A DNA stretch of 63,455 bases, the filler included, from Stramenopiles sp. TOSAG23-3 (Eukaryota), in assembly GCA_900128585.1 (NCBI GenBank). It is 5 parts of 5 records of this genome, joined end to end, with 100 filler letters (N's around TTAATTAATTAA, not from the genome) between each part and the next. Parts side by side here need not be neighbours in the genome. Positions count along the whole stretch, not along the records: positions 39,621 to 59,300 come from LT642394.1; 4 more parts are not named here. One strand, written 5' to 3'. Below the pieces are notes generated by a model. That model was not told the DNA's origin. It saw only the letters and a program-made list of their open reading frames with translations, and made no database searches. Of this stretch, positions 46,901-55,950 are shown in pieces. Numbering within the stretch: position 1 is the stretch's first letter; every line of letters starts with the position of its first letter. The translations under genes were made by a program, and so were the position numbers.

Positions 46901-49900
46901 ATCATTAAAGTCTGATCTTCTTGTTCTGTTTGATACCTACTTGGAGGCCGGGCTTACATTTATGCGGAGATTTACCAAAGAAAGCGCAGTAACAGTGAAC
47001 TGTAATATCGCTCAAAGTTTAATGAGAATTATTGACACTTTCGTACTAAAATTAAACGTCCCAGAGGGATTTGAGCCACCGAAACCAGAGGTTATAAAAT
47101 CTGTCGCAGACAATATGACGTCAATCTTTTTGTTTGCGTTGGTTTGGAGCGTCGGGGCCACCACGGATGAAATTGGACGAACGAAATTTAGCAACTTTGT
47201 CCGCTCAGAGTGTAGCAACAACGGAGTTGCCAACCCGTTCCCCACGGCAGGTCTCGTTTACGATTACTGCATAGATTTGACAACAGGGAAGTGGGTGGAA
47301 TGGTTAACGACGGTAGAGGAGCACGAGATCAGTGGCAACCAATCGTTCGCAGAGATGGTTATTCCCACAAAGGACTCAATTCGTAACATCTTCTTGCTTG
47401 AGAAGTTTTTAACGCACAGGTTTCATGTCATGTGCATCGGCCCGACTGGAACAGGAAAAACGATTAACATCGAGTCGTATTTAATGAAAAATATGGCCGA
47501 TAAATATGTCCCATTGGTGACGAGTTTTTCTGCACAGACAAGCGCTGGTGATGCCCAAAAGTTCTTGGACACAAAAATGGAGAAGAGAAAGAAAGGCGTT
47601 TACGGACCTTCAGCTGGAAAGCAGTACATTATATTTGTCGATGACTTCAACATGCCCCAGAGAGAAGAATATGGCGCGCAACCTCCCGTGGAATTGGTTC
47701 GGCAAGCTATGGGACAGGTTGGTTGGTATGACACGGTTACCTTAGATTTCAAGAAAATTATTGATTGTACATATGTGATGGGTATGGGACCCCCAGGAGG
47801 AGGCAGAAATCCAATTACAGAACGTGTGAAGCGCCTCTGCAACATTGTGGGTTACGTAGAAATGGACGAAGCGAGTCAAAAGATCATATTCAACTCCATT
47901 TTGGGCCATTTCTTGGCAGATTTTGAAAAAGACGTGTCAAAAATGTCCTCAAAACTTGTTGATGCCACGTCAAGCTTTTACAAAAAAGTTTCTAATGATT
48001 TATTGCCTACGCCAGTCAAGCCACATTACACCTTTAATTTGCGTGATTTCGCGAAGGTTATCCAAGGCGTTATGATGGCGCACCCGAAACGTTGTATTTC
48101 TGGGACTCATATCGCCCGAGTTTATGTCCATGAATGCTACCGCGTTTTCCGTGACCGTATGATCAACTACACCGATTCAAATTGGTTGAGGGACCAGGTA
48201 CAAGCGAACGTCGAGGAAGAATTAGGATTCGAATGGGGTAAGTGTGCCCCAGAGAGCGACCGATTATTCTTTGGCAATTTCATGGAGGGGTTGGGCGCAG
48301 ATCCGAAAATTTACGACGAAGTGCCTGACCTCGAAAAACTTACCAACGTCATGTACGAGTACTTGTCTGATTATAACGCCGAATCCAAATCTCCGATGAA
48401 TCTAGTCTTGTTTTTAGATGCGATCGAGCACGTTTCTCGCATTGCTAGGGTTCTAAGTCAGCCACGTGGTAATTGCTTGCTGTTAGGTGTAGGTGGAAGT
48501 GGTCGCCAAAGTCTGACTCGCTTGGCCACATTTGTGTCAGAATATCAGATATTTCAAGTGGAAATTGCTAAGGGTTACGGCCAAAACGAGTGGCGCGAAG
48601 ATCTTAAGCAGTGCTTAATGGTAGCGGGGTTACAAAACAAACCGATTACGTTTCTGTTCAGTGACGTACAAATTGTGTTCGAATCCATGGTAGAAGACAT
48701 CAACAACATTTTAAATAGTGGTGACATTCCAGGCATTTATGCAGGCGAGGAAGAAGACCAAATCATGAACGCGTGCCGAAGCGAATGTCAGAAAAAGCGA
48801 ATAGCAGCAACAAAAATTAATATATTTGCCCAGTACCTGCTTCGCGTTCGCAAAAACATTCACGTGTGCCTGTGCATGAGTCCTATAGGGGAGGCTTTCC
48901 GAACACGATTACGTATGTTTCCCTCTCTGGTAAATTGCTGTACCATCGATTGGTTCATGCCATGGCCCGAGGAAGCACTTCGCTCTGTAGCAATGGACAA
49001 AATGACTGTAAAAGATATGGGCCTCGGAGACCATTTAAGCAGTGTCGTTGATATGTTTAAAGTTGTGCACCAAGTAGTCGAGCAACGGAGTGCAGATTTC
49101 TTGAACATGTTGGGGCGTCGAAATTATGTCACCCCGACAAGCTACTTGGAACTGCTGTCCACGTATATCGGGACGTTGGGTGTACAAAGAAAGCGAGTTG
49201 CAGGCCTCCGCGACCGTCTTGGCAATGGTGTGGAGAAAATTAGTTCTACCAAAGTGCAAGTAGCTGCAATGCAGGAACAGCTGACCGCTCTCCAGCCGGT
49301 TCTAAAAGTGACACAAGGAGAAGTCGACGAGATGATGGTCCAGATTAGCGCTGATAAGGAAGCTGCAGGCAAGACTCGGATCACTGTAGAAGCGCAAGCT
49401 GAAGCAGCTGAAAAAAAAGAGAAAGAGTGCAAGACTATGGCTGCAGATGCACAGCGCGATTTAGACGAAGCGTTGCCCGCCCTCGATGAAGCTGTAAAGT
49501 GCTTAAATGCACTGAAGAAAGCCGATATTGACGAGGTAAAATCACTGGCAAAACCACCTAAGGGAGTAATTTTGACTGCGGAAGCAACATGTGTAATGTT
49601 TGAAGTGAAGCCGAATCGAGTGAAGGACCCCGAAGGGGGCACAAGGAAGGTCAATGACTACTGGGGCCCAGCTAAAGAGCACCTGTTTAAAAATCCAAAA
49701 CAATTCATCGAGCGACTAATTCATTTTGACAAAGATAATATCCCTGAGAAAGTCATCGAGAAAATAGACCCGTACATTGTAAACCCAAACTTTACCCCAG
49801 CTGAGGTAAAGAGGGCATCGAAAGCATGCACGGCAATTTGTATGTGGTGTCGGGCAATGCACAAATATTACCATGTCGCCCGCTCAGTAGAGCCAAAGCG

Positions 49901-52900
49901 ACTTGCATTAGCTTCTGCAACAGAGGAACTTAACAAAACCATGGCCCTCCTAGCAGAGGCACAAGCCACGCTTGCAGCGGTAATGGCTCGCCTAGACAAA
50001 CTCGAGGCCGACTATGCTGCGGTAGTCCAGAAAAAGGATGACTTAGCAAATGAGGTTGAAACCTGTCAGATTCGATTGGCGAGTGCAATGAAATTAATTT
50101 CAGGGCTTGGGGGAGAAGAAGTTCGTTGGCGCGAGAATGTCGTCAAGTTATCGCAGGATTTCATCAATCTAGATGGAGATATTATCATTGCCTCGGGTGC
50201 AATTGCGTACTTGGGTGCTTTTACCGCAGACTACCGAGAATCCATCCAGAATCTATGGATAGAGAAGATTTTGGAGGAAAAAATACCGTGCACAGAAGGA
50301 ACGAGCCTGGTGCACACATTGTCTGTTCCAACAACAATACGGCAGTGGAATATTTGGGGCTTGCCCACAGACAACTTGTCGACAGAGAATGGTATAGTAA
50401 TGTCCATGGCTCGGCGCTGGCCGTTGTGCATTGACCCCCAGGGACAAGCAAACAGATACATAAAAACAATGGGAAAAGATCTCGCAGAAAATGGAATGGA
50501 AGCTGTTAAGTTGACGGACAAAAATTTTCTTCGTTCTCTTGAGAATGGTGTACGATTCGGGCGATGGGTTCTACTCGAAAATATATTTGAAGTTCTTGAT
50601 GCTGCACTTGAGCCAATTCTTCAGCGTAACGTCTTCAAACAGGGCGGACAAGATATGATGCGCATTGGAGACAATAACGTTCCGTACAACGACTCCTTTC
50701 GATTCTTCATTACAACGAAGCTCCCCAATCCTCACTACACACCAGAGACTTGTGTCAAAGTAACAGTATTAAATTTTGCGATTACACCTCGAGGTTTGCA
50801 AGAACAGTTGCTAGGCGTTGCCATTGCCGAGGAACTTCCAGAAATCCAAGAGCAAAAGGAATTGCTTGTTGTAAACAACGCCAAAATGAACAAACAGTTG
50901 GACGATATTGAAGATCGAATATTGTTTCTATTGGAGAACTGTAAAGGCAATATCTTGGATGATGTTGAAATTATCGAGACACTTGACCAGGCCAAAATTA
51001 CTTCCAATGAAATTGCGGAAAAGATGAAAGCGGCAGCAATTACAGAGAAAGAAATTGATGAGCAACGCTCAAACTACAAGCCTTTGGCCGACCATGCATC
51101 TGTACTGTTTTTCACTTTGTCAAAAATGGCGACTATCGATCCTATGTACCAGTACTCCCTGCAGTGGTTCACTGCTTTGTTTATCAGAAGTACACAAGAG
51201 GCTGACATGGCCGACGATCAGGCCACACGAATAAATATCCTGAAGGAATATTTCACGTACTTGCTTTATGATCAAGTATGCAGGTCTCTGTTTGAAGAGC
51301 ACAAGCTGCTTTTCTCGTTTTTAGTAACCATAGCATTGCAAGAATTCCAGGGAAAGGTGGAGTCTGCGGAGTGGAGGTTTTTAATTACAGGACAGTCCCT
51401 TGAACCTAGCGACGTTCCAAACCCAGACCCATCGTGGATCATTAAAAGGATGTGGACAGAAGTTACTTGTTTGTCTGGTGTTGGGTGCTGGAAAGGGTTT
51501 GCTGAAGATTTTCTGAATCACGTGAAAGAGTGGAAATCCTACTTCGACAGCCCGGTTCCTCATACATTGAAATTTCCAGGTGAGTGGGATACAAAATTAA
51601 ACCAGTTGCAAAAACTGGGAGTTTTGAGAACATTGAGACCTGACAAAGTCATTCTTGGAATTCAAGATTACATCGCGGCCACAATGGGGCAAAGGTACAT
51701 CGAGCCGCCTCCTTTTGATCTCCCCTTGTCGTTTGTGTCGTCGTCTATCACTGCCCCGATGGTGTTTATTCTTTCAGTTGGAACGGATCCCATGAAAGTA
51801 TTCTTGGAGTTTGCGGCAGAAAAGAAAATGTCGAAAAAATATTCCGCGCTATCACTGGGACAAGGCCAGGGACCGAAGGCTGAAAAGATGATGGAAAATG
51901 CACAAAACAAAGGAGAATGGACCCTCTTACAGAATGCCCACTTGTGCATCAGTTGGCTGCCGACCCTTGAACAATTGTGCGAGGACATGGACCCGGAAAA
52001 AGTGCACAAAGATTACCGTCTGTGGCTAACAAGTATGCCGACACCGTCGTTCCCTGTGAGTATATTGCAAAATGGTGTAAAGATGACAAATGAACCACCG
52101 AAAGGCCTAAGGGCCAACATGAATCAAACGTACTATAAACTCGACGAAGAGAAATTGAATCTCACGGATAAACCAACCAAGTACAAGAAATTATTGTTTG
52201 GTCTATCGTTTTTTCACGCCCTTGTTATCGAAAGGAAGAAGTTTGGACCGCTGGGGTGGAATATTCCTTACGCTTTCAATGAAACTGATTTGGATATTTG
52301 TACCAGTCAGCTTCAAGTTTATTTAGAAATGTACGAAGAAGTGCAGTTTAGTGTACTTGATTTGCTTGCTGGTTTTATTAATTACGGTGGGCGTGTAACA
52401 GATGACAAAGATTTACGAACTATTGAAGTTATCATGAGACAGTTTTACAATCCGAAGATCCTCACCGACGACTACAAATTCTCTGAAAGTGGATTGTACT
52501 ACTCGTTTAAATTCGACCCTGACGACGCATACAACAGTTACGTCGAATACATTCGTTCTCTTCCAATTAATCCAGAGCCAGAGGCATTTGGGATGCACGA
52601 CAACGCGAATATAACATGTGACCAAAATGAATTGTACACGATGCTAAAAACTATTGTAAGTCTCGGAGGATCCGGTGGGGGAGGCGGAGGGGCCTCTAGA
52701 GAGGAGATAACAATTGCAGCAGCCGCAGAGATGGCTGAGAAACTTCCAGAAGTGATGGACGAAGAAGCCACCGCGATGGCATTCCCCGTTGATTACAATG
52801 AGAGCATGAACACTCTCTTGTGCCAGGAACAAGTGAAGTTCAATAAGCTTCTTCGCGTTATGAAGCACACATTGTTCAATGTGCAACGTGCGTTGAAGGG

Positions 52901-53612
52901 CTTGCTGGTAATGTCTAGTGATTTAGAAATTGTTGCCAATGCAATATTTACCCAAGACATCCCCGTCGTGTGGGAAGCCGTCGGTTACCCATCATTGATG
53001 CCTTTGACGCCATGGTTTATTGACTTGTTAAAGCGCGTAGAATTTATGGAAAAATGGATTGAGTTTGGCACACCGAAAGCATTCTGGATCAGTGGGTTCT
53101 TTTTCCCACAAGCATTTCTCACCGGAACTCTTCAAAATTTTGCTCGAAAGTATCAAAAACCTATCGATACAATTGCCTTTGACTTTAAATTTATAGATGA
53201 CAAAAAGACGGACGCGAGCGATATCACCGAAAGGGCACCAGATGGAGCGTATATCTATGGTTTGTTCCTCCAAGGTGCTCGGTGGAACTATGAAACCCAC
53301 GTTTTAGACGACCCAAGGCCGAAAGAGTTGTACGATCAATGCCCAGTCATGCACCTTGACCCAGTGCAAGATCGCGAGGACACTATGAGTGGAATTTACA
53401 GATGCCCGGTTTATAAGACGTTAACTCGTGCAGGGATGCTCTCGACAACAGGCCACTCTACAAACTTCGTTTGTTGGTTCGAATTTCCATGCGAAGGTGA
53501 AGTTGAGTGGAGAAAGACTTTGGTTTCCGAGACGAATGCCCAGCGACTTTATGCTGACTCTGCCAAGTGGATCAAAGCAGGAGTTGCGTGCTTCTGTGCG
53601 TTGGCATTTTAA
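40962..53612 (+). CDS. DNAH1: Axonemal inner-arm dynein heavy chain, DNAH1-like, intronless (4216 aa)
   Basis: P-loops GPAGTGKT, GPTGGGKS, GPTGTGKT and GVGGSGRQ; CFDEFNRI; DNAH1-type N-terminus (FDVEDPF.FAKR, YNLYVDCMP). The subtype call is less sure than the family call. Confidence 0.9.
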   Translation: MSKWATKREGKDDAGGGKSGLSKSLNLSLLKKPSSGAAKSTVDAYKWDLSSPAVSRMPKSPEERRRRAKYMAMADEGKKAGEKEDRSGGSLEPKVFVPYVTRPGHTPRRVAVERKRQFYASQDLTRILQDHGVTSETMVQTGLDENVPMQDLNNVLPLTLFDDDTYEQYQPTEWIMLGAGNVPAKTMFAGEWVACTVKSYDDATSLFQIEINGAQDNRTRLEICFDVEDPFQFAKRLAAASAGRKLAEGLIRYNLYVDCMPTDDVADLDSEQVNRIVKIALHSRALQQSENDTSQLLNEIHMDYARTMNKIVFDANLKGGSEATMMGDLQLPEQLPANPPPQFGCLQLPESNFSQKFSSFAFSSFLTKEEVIDALQGVQQECNAIKKVKFFNTTNRKSLNLEEFQVAQSQALKISGRKIKEDWTSGVVSHIRTSLQSCGKGHFNIYESKNDVYKHSKLKKLMQRVNFLMQSSLQNVVRDSVKLYGDFIKLAMDAEVKLIDIKTAVNDFIRDSTLSSDAWDVANTLEGLKRPPALFFLEVQPTAEPICLNQAEVDEAAAAIKAWKPPKDDKNAKCPIQRVAAEMGRIFEYTTPLESYGKVIMVALDNVLNEMGKIEQTEKLLMDRLFWSSTPTLQSISPNEDEIVNLRNEIQAKIDECLKHPIAYLKFLNHKKDYRKSEYIKFLNIDEAAIMEKITPETPEDIDLAACKKVIDYHTLQANKYKDKLPDFAVRLGMFTCNLASIRTTLVKKHLNIAAQATALIAKCNKSNGASIVKKYEQIRKRLQQIPTDVEDVASMNEFIEGISAEMNQFGPNLVAINEACRILDGYGVKDAEQFSMKWKIIGWPKKIFIQVESTEQVQSEKKMEYAAEMEDEQVIFEQTLISLEQECAQFQGYSDVGRVQMVAKHVKSLDEKLKKAEEDARTFNSREILFGREPTEYTKVNEIRKEFTPYQGLWSNVSDWLQFHEGCMTGPFDEVDGINLEDVVDRYSKGINKAYKTFEKAGNKACMDIASQIKSQISEFQPHTPWIMALRNQGMRERHWTELSEKIGTEINPENGDFTIQKAFDLEIFNHTEAVQKVGDKAGKENQIEVKLDEMEAEWAEIDLDVAVYRETGTCTLRGVDELIAILDEQITMTQAMMFSAFKGPFEERIEEWNVKLATVSDVLEEWIKVQRSWMYLQPIFESDDIMKQLPQESKRFIAVDKNWRATMTNAQRNPNALKFCANEKLLMIFTESNKFLDMVQKGLSDYLETKRSVFARFYFLSNDELLSILSETKDVSLVQPHLKKCYEGINKVVFGDNNIIEALVSREKEKMPCATPVDPNGKGVEFWMCELEDMMKISVRESIKACIADYLEKPRSEWMQVWPGMCIINGGQLHWTTNMEREIAAHGAKGVEIELAREIQQLDDIIILVRGGKLSKNQKTAIGALTVMDVHARDVVKNMVTQKVSSKNDFLWLSQLRYYWEEDDQLFWRPFGTHDNLWIEMVASKRSYGYEYLGNTFRLVITPLTDKCYLTLMGALQMILGGAPAGPAGTGKTETVKDLAKALAKQCVVFNCGDGLDYLAMAKFFKGLASCGAWACFDEFNRIHIEVLSVVAQQIITLQNACKLGLERIDFEGSNIRMDDAFAVYITMNPGYAGRTELPENLAACFRPVAMMVPDYALIGEIMLIAFGFSKAKECGAKMVSTFTLCSEQLSNQCHYDYGMRAVKTVIVAAGTLKGQEPEAEELQLLLRALQDVNLPKFLAQDLPLFEGIISDLFPGIARPDIDYGALMQALQVCTERAGLQGAAFFLSKNIQLFETICVRHGLMVVGPTGGGKSENIDVLSAALTMLCDSGVDTNPTMYQHVKHFKLNPKAITMSQLYGAFDPNTREFIDGVLPNLYRNAAADTTMDRKFVLFDGPVDAIWIENMNTVLDDNKKLCLNSGEMLGMSDTMSMIFEVNDLSVASPATVSRCGMVYMEPESLTLSPLVFSWIERLPELLPESLKSDLLVLFDTYLEAGLTFMRRFTKESAVTVNCNIAQSLMRIIDTFVLKLNVPEGFEPPKPEVIKSVADNMTSIFLFALVWSVGATTDEIGRTKFSNFVRSECSNNGVANPFPTAGLVYDYCIDLTTGKWVEWLTTVEEHEISGNQSFAEMVIPTKDSIRNIFLLEKFLTHRFHVMCIGPTGTGKTINIESYLMKNMADKYVPLVTSFSAQTSAGDAQKFLDTKMEKRKKGVYGPSAGKQYIIFVDDFNMPQREEYGAQPPVELVRQAMGQVGWYDTVTLDFKKIIDCTYVMGMGPPGGGRNPITERVKRLCNIVGYVEMDEASQKIIFNSILGHFLADFEKDVSKMSSKLVDATSSFYKKVSNDLLPTPVKPHYTFNLRDFAKVIQGVMMAHPKRCISGTHIARVYVHECYRVFRDRMINYTDSNWLRDQVQANVEEELGFEWGKCAPESDRLFFGNFMEGLGADPKIYDEVPDLEKLTNVMYEYLSDYNAESKSPMNLVLFLDAIEHVSRIARVLSQPRGNCLLLGVGGSGRQSLTRLATFVSEYQIFQVEIAKGYGQNEWREDLKQCLMVAGLQNKPITFLFSDVQIVFESMVEDINNILNSGDIPGIYAGEEEDQIMNACRSECQKKRIAATKINIFAQYLLRVRKNIHVCLCMSPIGEAFRTRLRMFPSLVNCCTIDWFMPWPEEALRSVAMDKMTVKDMGLGDHLSSVVDMFKVVHQVVEQRSADFLNMLGRRNYVTPTSYLELLSTYIGTLGVQRKRVAGLRDRLGNGVEKISSTKVQVAAMQEQLTALQPVLKVTQGEVDEMMVQISADKEAAGKTRITVEAQAEAAEKKEKECKTMAADAQRDLDEALPALDEAVKCLNALKKADIDEVKSLAKPPKGVILTAEATCVMFEVKPNRVKDPEGGTRKVNDYWGPAKEHLFKNPKQFIERLIHFDKDNIPEKVIEKIDPYIVNPNFTPAEVKRASKACTAICMWCRAMHKYYHVARSVEPKRLALASATEELNKTMALLAEAQATLAAVMARLDKLEADYAAVVQKKDDLANEVETCQIRLASAMKLISGLGGEEVRWRENVVKLSQDFINLDGDIIIASGAIAYLGAFTADYRESIQNLWIEKILEEKIPCTEGTSLVHTLSVPTTIRQWNIWGLPTDNLSTENGIVMSMARRWPLCIDPQGQANRYIKTMGKDLAENGMEAVKLTDKNFLRSLENGVRFGRWVLLENIFEVLDAALEPILQRNVFKQGGQDMMRIGDNNVPYNDSFRFFITTKLPNPHYTPETCVKVTVLNFAITPRGLQEQLLGVAIAEELPEIQEQKELLVVNNAKMNKQLDDIEDRILFLLENCKGNILDDVEIIETLDQAKITSNEIAEKMKAAAITEKEIDEQRSNYKPLADHASVLFFTLSKMATIDPMYQYSLQWFTALFIRSTQEADMADDQATRINILKEYFTYLLYDQVCRSLFEEHKLLFSFLVTIALQEFQGKVESAEWRFLITGQSLEPSDVPNPDPSWIIKRMWTEVTCLSGVGCWKGFAEDFLNHVKEWKSYFDSPVPHTLKFPGEWDTKLNQLQKLGVLRTLRPDKVILGIQDYIAATMGQRYIEPPPFDLPLSFVSSSITAPMVFILSVGTDPMKVFLEFAAEKKMSKKYSALSLGQGQGPKAEKMMENAQNKGEWTLLQNAHLCISWLPTLEQLCEDMDPEKVHKDYRLWLTSMPTPSFPVSILQNGVKMTNEPPKGLRANMNQTYYKLDEEKLNLTDKPTKYKKLLFGLSFFHALVIERKKFGPLGWNIPYAFNETDLDICTSQLQVYLEMYEEVQFSVLDLLAGFINYGGRVTDDKDLRTIEVIMRQFYNPKILTDDYKFSESGLYYSFKFDPDDAYNSYVEYIRSLPINPEPEAFGMHDNANITCDQNELYTMLKTIVSLGGSGGGGGGASREEITIAAAAEMAEKLPEVMDEEATAMAFPVDYNESMNTLLCQEQVKFNKLLRVMKHTLFNVQRALKGLLVMSSDLEIVANAIFTQDIPVVWEAVGYPSLMPLTPWFIDLLKRVEFMEKWIEFGTPKAFWISGFFFPQAFLTGTLQNFARKYQKPIDTIAFDFKFIDDKKTDASDITERAPDGAYIYGLFLQGARWNYETHVLDDPRPKELYDQCPVMHLDPVQDREDTMSGIYRCPVYKTLTRAGMLSTTGHSTNFVCWFEFPCEGEVEWRKTLVSETNAQRLYADSAKWIKAGVACFCALAF

Positions 53613-53686
53613 GAAAGAAAATGGCCGTTAGAATTGATTAAAAACAAAATACTGGCGGAGAATTAATTTATTGATATGATAATCAT

Positions 53687-53732
53687 AAAACAAGAAAAAT
53701 TGGCTGTTATTTTTTATAGTATTTAAAATTAA
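53687..53732 (+). repeat. Conserved 3' flank element, partial copy
   Basis: AAAACAAGAAAAATTGGCTGTTATTTTTTATAGTATTTAAAATTAA, 75 nt after the dynein stop. Confidence 0.8.
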
Positions 53733-53863
53733 AGAAAAAAAGAAGGTCATAAAATATAATGTCAGATAAGTTGTAGTTTGCGGAAGGAACATTTACCGAA
53801 AATTATTCTCTCTCATCTCTCCAACACACACCCCACGATTCTCTCGCTCATGCTATCTTCTAT

Positions 53864-54781
53864 TTACTGGCGGTATTTCACATGCTTCACAATCCATGGG
53901 TGACCTGAAACTTTCTCCAACGACATTCTATCTTTAGGAGATTTTTTCAACAATTTTTTGATAAAATCTTTAGATTCAGGGGAAAAGAAATCTGGAAATT
54001 TTAGGTCAACCTTTGCTATTCGTCTGTAAGTTTGCTCTGGTGGGCCATCCGCTTCAAACGGGGCACAACCGGCAATAAACTCATATGTGAGAACCCCTAA
54101 GCTCCATACATCGACCATTTTATCATGATCCCTTCCTTCTACCATTTCTGGGGGCAAGTAGTCCAAAGTTCCGCATAATGTCTTCCTTCTCGACGAGGGT
54201 GCATGAACAGACCAGCCAAAATCCGCTATTTTAAGCTGATTATCAATGCCTAGGAGTAAATTTTCTGGTTTAATGTCGCGATGAATGACGTGCTTATTGT
54301 GACAATAAACCAGCGCTTGAGATAGCTGGTAGATCCAGTTTGCTGCCATTTGTTCCGGGAATCCTTTTTCAGTCTTTCTTACGTGGCGAGTCAATTCTTT
54401 ATACATCTCCCCCTTTGGGGCATACTCTAGAATTAAATATATCCGTCTTGCATCATAAAAGTAGCCGTGCAATCGCAGTATGTTTTTATGACGAAGATTC
54501 GATTGTATTTCAATTTCACGTCTAAGTTGATGTTCTACCTTCGCTTTACATAGCTGTTTCTTTTGAAGCACTTTCAAAGCGCATATGTATTTGCTCTTCT
54601 TTTCACGAGCAAGGTAAACGTTTCCAAACTTTCCTCTTCCAAGCGGTTTCCCAATATCAAAATCTTTTAAAGCCCAGTTTGCCTTAGGTTTTGCACTCGG
54701 GACAGGACTACTATGTTTGCTATTTGCAGAGGCTATTTTCCGGGCGTTCTCCTTGTCGTTAGTGTCGGATGCGAACTGCAT
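53864..54781 (-). CDS. Aurora kinase
   Basis: [58 protein letters not shown]. Confidence 0.96.
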   Translation of the reverse strand: MQFASDTNDKENARKIASANSKHSSPVPSAKPKANWALKDFDIGKPLGRGKFGNVYLAREKKSKYICALKVLQKKQLCKAKVEHQLRREIEIQSNLRHKNILRLHGYFYDARRIYLILEYAPKGEMYKELTRHVRKTEKGFPEQMAANWIYQLSQALVYCHNKHVIHRDIKPENLLLGIDNQLKIADFGWSVHAPSSRRKTLCGTLDYLPPEMVEGRDHDKMVDVWSLGVLTYEFIAGCAPFEADGPPEQTYRRIAKVDLKFPDFFSPESKDFIKKLLKKSPKDRMSLEKVSGHPWIVKHVKYRQ

Positions 54782-55950
54782 TTCAATACGTTGGTTTCAG
54801 AACTAAATAAACTATACAATATACAAATCTATCTCTTCGCTTTTACAAGCTTCAAATATGAATTGTAATTTTGTGGTAAATATGTATTCCCTTTAAAATT
54901 ACACAAGAGAGTTGTTGAGTAGATAAATGAAAGAACTAATAAAGTTCAATTGATGCAATGCAGTTCTGTATTTATTTTTTATTTATTGTTTGTTCTTGTT
55001 TTGTTGTTGTTGTTGTTGATCGATCTTCTCATTATAATAATAAAATTAAAAAAAACAGTTACGACAGTTTATTTATATAGAAATAGCACCAAATAGAATT
55101 GTTGAAAACTGGTAGTAAAATCAGAGACTATTTTGATACAAAAGGAGAGCCCAATAATATAGGAATAGTATTGATACCTATCCAACAATGATGGCTATGA
55201 GATTTTCATTCCTTCTATATTATTAAATGCAGTGCTGTGTCAGTGTATCTTTCACCGTTATTATTATTGCTTTTTTAATTTCTTTGTTTTGTACCTGTAT
55301 ATAAAACGAACTCTTCATTGATGCTGTGCGACCAACCAATACCACCGTCACTATTCATTCTAAAAAAATAATTCATCACTTTGCCACAAAATCAACGTTC
55401 TGATCTGGAGATGATAGATGCTCTGGACTTTGGATGGCATTATATTGTAATTGTAGTGTGTATAGTCGTATAATAATTTACCTATATATTAAATTCAGTT
55501 GTTGGGTAATTCATTATATTGTAATGACATAATAACACCAAGTAATTCTCTCCCTACTATTTAGCTATTTTATCATAACGATGGTCCAGAATTAATTCTG
55601 TGAAATAAAAGAACAACAACACAATCATCATCGCAAATCTGATTCTTCCGTGTTGTTGTGTTGCTTTATTATTTTATTATACGACATAATAAAATCAATT
55701 TCAGCGCAAAAAAATCTTCTTTTTTTTATGATTTTAATTTAACAAAAACACAGTATCATAATGAAAAATAAAACACATTGAAGAAGAAGATGATTCCTCA
55801 TACCCTAATCCTTATGGTATTAAATATTTGTCAAAAAAGTGTAGCAAATTTAGAACGCCGCAGTTCCACCACACGTTCAACCCCGAATAACGTATAATAT
55901 TCTGTCACAGCGGTTGGTAATTATACGTCATATATTTAAAATACAATCTT

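Noticed and set aside
40955-53631. Short antisense and alternate-frame ORFs over dynein and other long CDSs
   Set aside because: Shadow ORFs with no recognisable motifs.
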